Source: Candidatus Electrothrix yaqonensis | Lineage (GTDB): Bacteria > Desulfobacterota > Desulfobulbia > Desulfobulbales > Desulfobulbaceae | Reading direction: 5' to 3' | Assembly: GCA_047651235.1 (NCBI GenBank) | Contig: CP178758.1 | Span: 102,774 to 126,773 of the forward strand | Length of the DNA: 24,000 nucleotides | Shown: one piece after another, positions 7,394 through 15,364 of the stretch | Position numbering within the stretch: the stretch's first letter is position 1 | Layout of the letters: each line of letters starts with the position of its first letter | Program-made: the position numbers and the translations under genes | Notes under the pieces: generated by a model | Databases searched by the model: none | Told to the model about the DNA's origin: nothing | The model's input: only the letters and a program-made list of their open reading frames with translations

Positions 7394-9130
7394 CTACATA
7401 AGTTCATGACGGTAGGCCCGCTCGTACACCGCGATAACATCTGCCAATGAAGGCTGTCTGGGATTATTTTCCACCGGCCGGGCCACGGTCAGGGCAATTT
7501 CCGCCATCTTCGGGATCTGATCAAAGGGGATATCCAGCTCTTTGAGGGTGGCAGGAATCCCCACATCAGCATTCAGATCATACAGGGCCTCGACACAGAG
7601 CGTTGCAGCGTCGCGCCGGGACAAACCGTCTGTCTGCTGCCCGAGGAATTCGGCCAGCAGGGCAAACTTTTCAAAATTACCGGGCAGGTTGAACTGCACC
7701 ACATAGGGCAGAAGCACAGCATTGGCCAGCCCGTGCGGGATGCCGAACATGCCGCCCATGGGGTAGGCCATCGCATGGACCAGTCCGACTCCGGCTGTGG
7801 CCAGGGCCTTACCGCCCAGCAGGGAACCCATGAGCATGGCGGTTCTGGCCTGGAGATTACGGCCGTCAGCGCAGGCTGCAGGAAGATTGCGGGCAATCAG
7901 GTCAATAGCCTCCAAGGAATACATTTCTGAAATAGCATGGGCCTGAGTGGAAGTGTAGGCCTCCAAGGCATGAGTCAGGGCATCAATCCCGGTATAGGCC
8001 GTAACTTTGGCAGGCAGACTGAGGGTCAGCTCCGGGTCAAGAATGGCCGCATCCGGGTAAAGCGGGTCGCCGTTCATGCCGCCCTTGGAACCGGTCTCCT
8101 CGTTGATGAATACGGCGGTGAAGGTGACTTCCGCGCCAGTTCCGGCTGAGGTAGGAATCATAATCTTGGGCACGCCCGGCTTTTTGATCAGTCCTAGCCC
8201 CAGATAATCCACCGCCTTGCTGCCATTAGTCAGGAGAATGGAGACGGCCTTGGCCACATCCATTGCCGAGCCGCCCCCTGCCCCGACCACACAGTCACAA
8301 CCTGCTTCTTTCGCGATGTCATATCCCTTATCCGCCAGCTTCAGACCCGGTTCAGGATCAATTTTATCGTATACGGAGAACGGAATATGTTCTTTTTCCA
8401 GAGGCGCTGTGAAGCGGTCGAGCAGACCGGCCTTGACCAGCCCCGGATCGACCACCAGCAGCACGTTGGTGCCGTTGAAGTCTTTGACTGTCCTGCCCAG
8501 ATCGTTGACCATGCCTGCGCCGAACTGAATCCTGGTGGGCTGGGTCACGGTGAATGCCTGTGTACTGTTCATAGTCCTTCCTTTTTTTTCTTTTCGTCTC
8601 GAAAAAATATAATGTCGTTGCCCGCAAGGTGCGGCAATGATTTTCTGTTCAAGAAAATCTGCAATTTTTTTTGCCTCATCAAGGTGAAAGATCAGCTCTC
8701 CAGCTTCTCCGGTTCTTTCGCCCCTGTCCTGGTCCGTGGCCAGAGCAATAACCCCGGCGACCTGATCCCGCAGCGGGGGGCCTCCTCTGGAGACTTCAAT
8801 CTTGGCAATATCTTCCGCCTCCTTGAATCCCTCTCCAATGACGATATCCGCATCAGCAAAAAAACGGCAGGCCAGCGCAGAGAGATTTTTCTCCGGTGCA
8901 TCCACAGTCAGGACCAGCTGATCCGGGGCAACCAAGGTCACCGCATCCGCCCCGGCTGCTTTATAGTAACCGGTATCTGTTCCCTGCTGATCCGGCAACA
9001 GTCCGGTCTCCTTGCTGGATTTGATCACCGCTACGGAATATCCCCGTTCCTTGAGCTGCCGGACAACCTGTACAGCCAGGGTGGTTTTACCGGAATCGTG
9101 CCAGCCTATGAAGGTGATGACAGGAGGCAT
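7394..9130 (-). CDS. single open frame joining a MobB-like P-loop domain (residues 1-~165) to a complete iron-containing alcohol dehydrogenase (residues 187-578)
   Basis: The N-terminus ITFIGWHDSGKTTLAVQVVRQLKERGYSVAVIK is MobB-type. From MNSTQAFTVTQPTRIQFGAGMVNDLG...GGGSAMDVAKA...THALEAY...GLVHAMAYPMGG...HG the sequence is group III Fe-ADH. No stop separates the two parts. Confidence 0.75.
   Translation of the reverse strand: MPPVITFIGWHDSGKTTLAVQVVRQLKERGYSVAVIKSSKETGLLPDQQGTDTGYYKAAGADAVTLVAPDQLVLTVDAPEKNLSALACRFFADADIVIGEGFKEAEDIAKIEVSRGGPPLRDQVAGVIALATDQDRGERTGEAGELIFHLDEAKKIADFLEQKIIAAPCGQRHYIFSRRKEKKGRTMNSTQAFTVTQPTRIQFGAGMVNDLGRTVKDFNGTNVLLVVDPGLVKAGLLDRFTAPLEKEHIPFSVYDKIDPEPGLKLADKGYDIAKEAGCDCVVGAGGGSAMDVAKAVSILLTNGSKAVDYLGLGLIKKPGVPKIMIPTSAGTGAEVTFTAVFINEETGSKGGMNGDPLYPDAAILDPELTLSLPAKVTAYTGIDALTHALEAYTSTQAHAISEMYSLEAIDLIARNLPAACADGRNLQARTAMLMGSLLGGKALATAGVGLVHAMAYPMGGMFGIPHGLANAVLLPYVVQFNLPGNFEKFALLAEFLGQQTDGLSRRDAATLCVEALYDLNADVGIPATLKELDIPFDQIPKMAEIALTVARPVENNPRQPSLADVIAVYERAYRHELM
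8570..8589 (-). promoter_or_regulatory. internal ribosome-binding site and ATG (8572) of the Fe-ADH moiety, preceded by an A8 homopolymer (T8 on plus, 8582-8589)
   Basis: The minus strand reads GAAAAGAAAAAAAAGGAAGGACTATGAAC, with AAGGAAGG immediately upstream of the ATG that opens the ADH domain. ADH alone would be 7394..8572 (392 aa). Confidence 0.5.
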
Positions 9131-9185
9131 GGAGCAGATGAATTCTGTTCAGAATTTTAGGATGGTCGGATATTTCTCCTCAGAC

Positions 9186-9803
9186 TCACATGGAAAAAAT
9201 AGTCTCCAGCGCAACAGAAAATCCGGCAAGCGTTACAGACTGCACCTCGCCTTCCCCTTCGACCTCCTGATGCAACTGAAATTTTTCCCCGCTGCTGGTG
9301 AAGACCTCCACGCTCTTCCGGCCCGGATCGACAATCCAGTATTCTTGCACTCCGGCCCGTGCATAGGCCCGGAACTTTGTCCGCAGGTCATGATAGGCGG
9401 ATGACGGGGACAGCACTTCAACGACCAGATCCGGCGCCCCCTTAATCATCTTTTCCCCGATAATGGAGAGATGATCTTTGCTGATAAAAAAGATGTCGGG
9501 CTGAAAGATGTTGTTTTCATCCAGCGCTACATCAAGCGGGGCGATAAAGACTTGGCCCCTTTCTTTGGACTTGACGAATCGGAGCATCTGAAAGGCCAAT
9601 TCCATAATCACAGCCTGATGCAATGGGATGGGCGAGGGACTCATAATAAGTTCTCCGGCGATAAGTTGGCAGGGAGTGCCTTCGGGCAGATTCAAAAACT
9701 GCTCACGCACGCTCTGCTGTTTTTCCGGATGCCGAATATAATGACGGGCAGCAACAGCCTCCGGCGGGGGATTGCTGATTGTTCTTCCGGGTTCTGTCTG
9801 CAT
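9186..9803 (-). CDS. Uma2 family (DUF820) PD-(D/E)xK endonuclease
   Basis: Shows QPDIFFISKD...GAPDLVVEVLSPSS...D...K...YARAGVQEYWIVDP, the Uma2 signature from memory. RBS AGGAGAAGAAAC precedes the ATG at 9803. Confidence 0.8.
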   Translation of the reverse strand: MQTEPGRTISNPPPEAVAARHYIRHPEKQQSVREQFLNLPEGTPCQLIAGELIMSPSPIPLHQAVIMELAFQMLRFVKSKERGQVFIAPLDVALDENNIFQPDIFFISKDHLSIIGEKMIKGAPDLVVEVLSPSSAYHDLRTKFRAYARAGVQEYWIVDPGRKSVEVFTSSGEKFQLHQEVEGEGEVQSVTLAGFSVALETIFSM

Positions 9804-10325
9804 GTTTCTTCTCCTGCTGGCTGGAACTGTTCATGCCTGCAACGGGATATCGGCTTTCCCATACAATCGAAGCATCATAGCAGGGACAGTACAGTATGAA
9901 AACCGAAAAAAAACACTCAACGCAGCTTATTTGCCAGGAAAATAAACTTGCTGCCTGTCGCTTCCGTTGTGCTCTTTTATGATTGCGGGGGTACTTTCTG
10001 CCTGATCGTATGGGTTCGACAGCCAGCGCAAATGTTTCCGGCACATCGGTAAAAATTGACTCTATTTCGTGGATAGGGCTTTGAAAAAAGAGTACAATAG
10101 TATTTCTCATCGTTGAGAGAGCCTGAGTGAAATTTATCTGATAGCGATACGGTCTCCTGCTCGTCTCGCTATCTACCTTTTTCCGGGCGGCAAAGGCTGG
10201 CATGGAGGTCACATTTTTTGAAAATACCCGGACATGGAGGTCATAGTAGACCACGGGCTATTCCCGTATCGTCCCTAGCGGGACGGTTTCCCATTGCTGA
10301 CAGAAATAACGTCCCGGATGGACAG

Positions 10326-10356
10326 TTGAAAATAGCCCCGTGATTTATCGCGGGGC
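10326..10356 (-). terminator. rho-independent terminator of argS
   Basis: The minus strand reads GCCCCGCGA-TAAA-TCACGGGGC followed by TATTTTC, starting 10 nt after the argS stop. Confidence 0.55.
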
Positions 10357-10365
10357 ATACTTCTT

Positions 10366-12021
10366 CTACATCCTCTCCGGCGCAGTCAGGCCGACCAGCG
10401 CAAGCCCGTTGGCCAGCACCCTCTTCACACCCTGACAGAGACAGAGACGGGCAGCGGTGAGCTGCTGATCCTCTGTAACCACCTTGTGCTTATTGTAGAA
10501 GGAATGGAAATTGGCCGCCAAGTCCATGAGGAAAAAAATAATCCTGTGCGGTGCAAGGTCAGCGGCGGCATTAGCCACCAGCGCAGGATAGGAACCCAGC
10601 GTTTTGAGGAGCTGATACTCTTCCTGCTCCTGGAGAAGATTCAGATCGGCATCAGCAAGCTGCGGCAGACAGACCCCCTTTTCCACGGCCATGCGTTCGA
10701 TGGAACAGAGCCGGGCATGGGCATACTGGACGTAATATACCGGGTTCTCCTGGCTCTGGGCTGTGGCCAGCTCCAGATCAAATTCCAGCTGGGAATCCGG
10801 CTTGCGCATGAGGAAAAAGAAGCGGAGTGCATCAACGCCTACCTCATCCACCAGTTCATCCACCGTAACAAAGGTGGCCTTGCGGGTGGACATCTTAACC
10901 TGTTTACCGTCCCGCAGCAGGGTGACAAACTGGTGCAGAATCACCTCCACCTTGGATTTATTATAGCCTAGGGCCTCGATTCCGGCCATGACATCGGGTA
11001 CGGTAGCGATATGGTCGGCCCCGAAGATATCAATCATCCAGTCAAAGCCGCGCCGGAATTTCTCCCGGTGGTAGGCAATGTCGGGCAGGCGGTAGGTGGG
11101 CTCGCCGGTCTTCTTGATGATCACCCGATCCTGCTGCTGGCCGAACTCAGTAGTTTTAAACCAGGTGGCCTCATCCTGCTCATACACCAGCCCTCTGCCC
11201 CGCAGCTTGTTGACCACGTCGTCGATCCGGCCTTCCTCGTACAGGGTGTGCTCGTTGTAGTAGGAATCAAAGGTAATGCCGATCCGCTTGAGGGTGGCAT
11301 CAATATCGGCAAAGATGGCCTCCTCGGCCCGTTTACGGAAAACATCCTGATCCGCATCCCGGAACTCATCACCGGCCTCGTCAATCATGGCCTGGGCGAT
11401 GTCATAGATATAATCGCCCTGATAGCCGTCTTCCGGGAACTCGTTTTCTAGGCCCAGCTTTTCCAGATAGCGCGCCCGCAGGGAATCGGCCAGTACCCGC
11501 ATCTGCCGGCCTGCATCATTAAAATAATACTCACGGGTGACCTTGTGGCCGGTGGCCTTGAGCAGGCGTGCAATGCTGTCGCCGAGGATGGCATTGCGGC
11601 CGTGCCCCACGCTCAGCGGCCCGGTGGGGTTGGCGCTGACAAACTCCACCATGACCTTTTTTCCCTTGCCGATATCGGACAGGCCGAACTGCTCCCCCTG
11701 CTCGGCAATGGGGGCAAGCACGGTGCTCCAGACCGAGGGCTTGAGGAACAGGTTAACAAACCCCGGTCCGGCAATCTCCACCTTGTCCAGCAGGGTGCTG
11801 TCTTCCTTGAGCAGCTCAACCAGCTGCCCGGCGATCTCACGGGGGTTGCGTTTTTCCTTGCCTGCCAGCACCATGGCAAAGTTGGTGGCAAAATCGCCCT
11901 GGCCCTCGTGGCGGGGTACTTCCACATTGTACAGACCGGCACCGGCCTCGGACCAGAGGCCCTGGTCCACGCCCCGGCTGAAGCACTGATCAACCAGGTC
12001 TTTCAGTTGTGATCGTATCAT
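10366..12021 (-). CDS. argS: arginine--tRNA ligase
   Basis: Shows SANPTGPLSVGHGR (HIGH-type), GADH, a MSTRK (KMSKS-type) loop and a DALR-type C-terminal anticodon-binding domain. The track ORF starts at 12177. I prefer the ATG at 12021 (MIRSQLKDLV...), which has GGAGAA 7 nt upstream and gives a normal ~551-aa ArgS. Confidence 0.9.
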   Translation of the reverse strand: MIRSQLKDLVDQCFSRGVDQGLWSEAGAGLYNVEVPRHEGQGDFATNFAMVLAGKEKRNPREIAGQLVELLKEDSTLLDKVEIAGPGFVNLFLKPSVWSTVLAPIAEQGEQFGLSDIGKGKKVMVEFVSANPTGPLSVGHGRNAILGDSIARLLKATGHKVTREYYFNDAGRQMRVLADSLRARYLEKLGLENEFPEDGYQGDYIYDIAQAMIDEAGDEFRDADQDVFRKRAEEAIFADIDATLKRIGITFDSYYNEHTLYEEGRIDDVVNKLRGRGLVYEQDEATWFKTTEFGQQQDRVIIKKTGEPTYRLPDIAYHREKFRRGFDWMIDIFGADHIATVPDVMAGIEALGYNKSKVEVILHQFVTLLRDGKQVKMSTRKATFVTVDELVDEVGVDALRFFFLMRKPDSQLEFDLELATAQSQENPVYYVQYAHARLCSIERMAVEKGVCLPQLADADLNLLQEQEEYQLLKTLGSYPALVANAAADLAPHRIIFFLMDLAANFHSFYNKHKVVTEDQQLTAARLCLCQGVKRVLANGLALVGLTAPERM

Positions 12022-12036
12022 AGAAATTCTCCAGAG

Positions 12037-12064
12037 ATTCAGAGAGTAAAATTCAGAAAGTAAA
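12037..12064. repeat. 14-nt tandem direct repeat (ATTCAGAGAGTAAA / ATTCAGAAAGTAAA) in the argS leader
   Basis: 13 of 14 positions are identical. The repeat lies 16-43 nt upstream of the argS ATG. Confidence 0.7.
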
Positions 12065-12347
12065 ACATATATATTCACGAAACCGGCCTGAATATACATC
12101 ATCTGCGTCTCCGCTGCACCGAAGATTTTCAGCTTCGGGTTCTGGCGACGTTTTTGTTTACTTTTTCCGTATTCCATGTTAGCCGCTGCGATAAGAGGAA
12201 AAGTCTTTCTGTTTTTCGCCTCAATGTCGGTATAAAATTTTACGGAAAACTATTCAATGCTATGAGCGGAAGCGACAGGCTTGATACGCAGCAACTAGGC
12301 TTCCGCCGTCGAACAGCTCACATAGATCAAAGAGGAGGAATTGAGAG

Positions 12348-13472
12348 ATGGCCAAGTTGTCAGTAAGCGTAAGCAGCCGTAAAAGAGATTTGATCGAATG
12401 GGATTTTACTCAGTTGCCGTGTCGAAAAGAGGATACTCCCTCTAAGGGCGGAGGAATCATTATGATGGCCGGTTCCACCTTCTTTATCGGTATGCCGACT
12501 TTGGCCGTGATCATGTCCATCCGTGATGGAACGTTCGAGCCCGCCATGCTGATGGCGCTGATTTTAACGGTGAGCGGTATCGGTCTTTTCCTATTCGGCC
12601 TCTACTTGTTCTCTGCACGCACAGTGACGGAGTTCGACGGCAAGACATTCCGTTATCGGAGCAAATCGCTCTTTGGCAGCAAGGCATGGGATGAGCCGTT
12701 GTCTAAGTACGAAGGAGTGCTGGCACGTAGTAAATACCACTCGGGCGGCAGGAACAGTTCGTCCTATACCGACTATATCGTCGAGCTGATACATCCTGAC
12801 GAGCAACGCCGGATCACACTGTGGCAGAGCCGCAACAGTTCGTCCGGCCATCGCGCAAACTGGGAAAAGTACTGCCGACAATTCGGACTGCCCGCCCTCA
12901 AGGAGGACGGTGAAGGGTACACGCGGCGCGCCCCTGATGACCTTGACAAGTCTGTGCGTGAACTTGCAGCAGAAGGCAAGTTGGAGATCCCGTTCGATCC
13001 TGCTGCTGCCGTGCCCGAGGTGCTAAAACTCAATATCCAAGGAGATCAACTGGAAATGGTAATCGGTACTCCTAAGACACCACTCTGGAAGTGGCTGATC
13101 GGGATGGTGATCACATTTGCCATCCCCGCTCTTTTTATCTGGATTGGAGGTGGACACGCTGTTTTCGGAGCACTATTCGGTGTGCTCATGGTGGGGGCAT
13201 TCATCTGGACATTAATTGCGACACCTCTCGTGCGGATCAACCGGAAAGGTCTTCACGTCCTGTACCGCACCCCTTGGGGAGAAACGCGGGGGAAACGTAT
13301 TTCTGCCGAGGCTATCAGGAATGTGCGTGTGGGTAAGGCAAGGCCAAGGCAAAGCTCGCCATCCGTTGTTGTGGAGACGGCTGCCACCAACCATGCCATC
13401 GGACAGGGACTTGAAGAGGATGCTCTGGAGTGGCTGAAGAACTGCATTCTCAGCAAGGTCGCGGACGGGTAA
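12348..13472 (+). CDS. hypothetical four-TM membrane protein, paralog A (two 2TM-hairpin + beta-rich soluble modules)
   Basis: 374 aa, with RBS GAGGAGG at 12332-12338. Hydrophobic hairpins lie at about residues 36-88 and 245-295. Each is followed by a soluble segment (TVTEFDGKTFRYR...IVELIHPDEQRRITLWQS; LVRINRKGLHVLYRTPWGETRGKRI...VVVETAATNHAIG...ALEWLKNCI). I recognise no family. Confidence 0.7.
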   Translation: MAKLSVSVSSRKRDLIEWDFTQLPCRKEDTPSKGGGIIMMAGSTFFIGMPTLAVIMSIRDGTFEPAMLMALILTVSGIGLFLFGLYLFSARTVTEFDGKTFRYRSKSLFGSKAWDEPLSKYEGVLARSKYHSGGRNSSSYTDYIVELIHPDEQRRITLWQSRNSSSGHRANWEKYCRQFGLPALKEDGEGYTRRAPDDLDKSVRELAAEGKLEIPFDPAAAVPEVLKLNIQGDQLEMVIGTPKTPLWKWLIGMVITFAIPALFIWIGGGHAVFGALFGVLMVGAFIWTLIATPLVRINRKGLHVLYRTPWGETRGKRISAEAIRNVRVGKARPRQSSPSVVVETAATNHAIGQGLEEDALEWLKNCILSKVADG

Positions 13473-13495
13473 GGATTTTAGCCGAGGAGAATACC

Positions 13496-14602
13496 ATGAA
13501 TAATGGCAACGTATCGATAGAATGGGACTTTAGCAAGTTACCGTGCAGGCATGAGGAGCCTCCCTCTCAGGGCTCAGGGGTCATCATGATGACCCTCGCT
13601 GCTTTTTTCGGCGGCACACCGACCTTGATCTTGATTTACTTCCTCCTCAAGGGAAAATTCGAACCTGACATGCTGTTCTTGTTATTTTTCACGGTGGTTG
13701 GCACCGGTCTTTTTCTGTTGGGCCTCGACATGTTCTCCATGCACACGGTGACGGAGTTTGACGGCAAAATATTCCGTTATAAACAAACATCATTTATTAT
13801 CAGCAGTGCTTGGGATGAGCCGCTGACCAACTACGAAGGAGTCTTAGCACGCAGTGAGTATCACAGAAGCGACAGCAACAGCCCGTCCTGCACTCTCTAT
13901 ATTGTCGAGCTGCTGCATCCTGATGAGCAACGCCGGATTACACTGTGGCAGAGCCGTAACAGTTCGTCCGGTCATCGCGTAAGCTGGAAAACATACAGCC
14001 AACAACTCGGATTGCCTGCTTTCTGGCAGGACGAGAACTGCCAAGAATACACGCAACATGATCCCAAAGATCTTGACAAATCTGTGCGTGAACTTGCAGC
14101 CGAAGGCAAGCTGGAGATCACGTTTGATCTTAAAGCTGCTGTGCCCGAGGAGCTGGACCTCAACGTCCAAGGTGACCAATTAGAAGTGATGATCGACGGT
14201 CCCACAGTGTCGCTCCGGGCAATGCCGATTGTGCTCGGCATCATTGCTCTTGTTCTCTGGTATGCTATCCGGCATGGAGGAAACTGCTTTCAATTTTTTG
14301 GATTATTTGTATTGTTAATGGGATGCTCAACTATCTGGACATCAATTATGACTCCTTTGGTGCGGATCAAACGGGAAGGTATTCACATTCTGCACCGCAC
14401 TCCTTGGGGAGAAACACGGGGGAATCGTATTCGTGCTGACTCCATTGAAAATGTACGCGTGAGCAAAGAAAAGAATATGCAGGGCCGACCCGCCGTTATG
14501 GTGGAGACGGATACTGGCAGCCACGCCATCGGGCTGGGACTTGACAGGGAGGCTCTTGAGTGGCTGAAGAACTGCATTCTCAAGAAGGTCGTGGACGGGT
14601 AA
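13496..14602 (+). CDS. hypothetical four-TM membrane protein, paralog B
   Basis: Collinear with paralog A over its full length, at very roughly 55-60% identity by eye. The track ORF starts at 13430 inside paralog A. I prefer the ATG at 13496, which has GAGGAG at 13484-13489. Confidence 0.7.
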   Translation: MNNGNVSIEWDFSKLPCRHEEPPSQGSGVIMMTLAAFFGGTPTLILIYFLLKGKFEPDMLFLLFFTVVGTGLFLLGLDMFSMHTVTEFDGKIFRYKQTSFIISSAWDEPLTNYEGVLARSEYHRSDSNSPSCTLYIVELLHPDEQRRITLWQSRNSSSGHRVSWKTYSQQLGLPAFWQDENCQEYTQHDPKDLDKSVRELAAEGKLEITFDLKAAVPEELDLNVQGDQLEVMIDGPTVSLRAMPIVLGIIALVLWYAIRHGGNCFQFFGLFVLLMGCSTIWTSIMTPLVRIKREGIHILHRTPWGETRGNRIRADSIENVRVSKEKNMQGRPAVMVETDTGSHAIGLGLDREALEWLKNCILKKVVDG

Positions 14603-14653
14603 GGACCGAGTTTGCCGGGGCGGCGGAAAGGGAAAAGCAGGGCGCCGTTTTAA

Positions 14654-14974
14654 CGCCGAAAAAAGTTCATTTTATCCGGTCAGGCAGTATCATTTAGAGC
14701 CGGTGCCTGCCGGAAAAAACAACGCGGTGGGTTCGCCTATGGACTGTATGATATATACAGTAATATCGGTTATATCACATTAGGGACAAGCGGTGACACC
14801 TCCGAGTTCGGGTGCGCCTGTATTCGGAACTGATGGACGACACATGGAAAATCTGAATTCCTCTTCGAGACAGGCCGCAAAACGGCTGACGGTTTTAAAG
14901 AAAATATGAAAATTCAATTCGACGAGTTTCTGCCGAAGTGGAATTATGCCGCTGTTCCGTCAGGACGGCTTTGA
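14654..14974 (+). pseudogene. degraded ISAzo13-like (Rhodopirellula-type DDE) transposase remnant
   Basis: My translation gives ...FAYGLYDIYSNIGYITLGTSGDTSEFGCACIRN*WTTHGK...KIQFDEFLPKWNYAAVP. This resembles the conserved PYG[IV]YD...N.G.V.VG..HDT..FAV..IR.WW block and the ...WNY...P C-terminus of this family, from memory. There is an in-frame TGA at 14831-14833 where W is expected, and the whole catalytic core is missing. Confidence 0.5.
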
Positions 14975-15117
14975 ATCCCGTAGTTATTTAATTCCCGTTC
15001 CTAAGTGCTTCGCCCGTCGCCGCACACCCGATCTCATTGACGGCATCCAATATGCTATTTTCCATTTCAAATATATCGCCTTTAAGAATGAGAGTCACGG
15101 ACACTGTGATACTGCCG

Positions 15118-15303
15118 TCAGTATTTCGAATAACAGTTGACATAATTTTCTTTAGCGGAAGGAATGGAAATCAATTTTGAAAATAAGCATGTTATACTGT
15201 ATTTACAAAATACATCATATTTAAGCCTCAATCTGTCGAACTGTTTCTGTGTAACGCCGGTCAATGAACGAAGATGACGGTCATCACGTATTGTTATACT
15301 CAT
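15118..15303 (-). pseudogene. possible N-terminal HTH fragment of a second transposase
   Basis: 61-aa ORF in AT-rich DNA. LRSLTGVTQKQFDRL resembles the HTH_Tnp_4-type N-terminus of IS5/HARBI-like transposases. Nothing transposase-like follows. Confidence 0.2.
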
Positions 15304-15364
15304 CAGGTTGCTCCGTTTTTTTCGTGGAGTTTACCCGATTTTTAAAAACGAACAAGTCTATTAT

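Noticed and set aside
10008-10030. GGTTCGA (T-loop-like) motif suggesting a tRNA in the argS-Uma2 spacer
   Set aside because: The flanking bases do not form a T-stem, and no acceptor or anticodon arms can be drawn around it.
9703-10254. 183-aa minus-strand ORF spanning the argS-Uma2 spacer
   Set aside because: It overlaps the well-supported Uma2 start. The sequence has no protein-like periodicity or motifs and runs through hairpins and repeats, so I treated the region as non-coding.
10326-10356. GTTGAAAATAGCCCCGTGATTTATCGCGGGGC looked superficially like a CRISPR repeat with a palindromic core
   Set aside because: It occurs only once in the window, with no spacer-repeat periodicity. It is better explained as the argS terminator.
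12022-12177. 52-codon N-terminal extension of argS in the ORF track (MEYGKSKQKRRQ...)
   Set aside because: The extension is AT-rich, contains the tandem leader repeat and has no ArgS homology. The internal ATG at 12021 has a good RBS and yields a standard-length enzyme.
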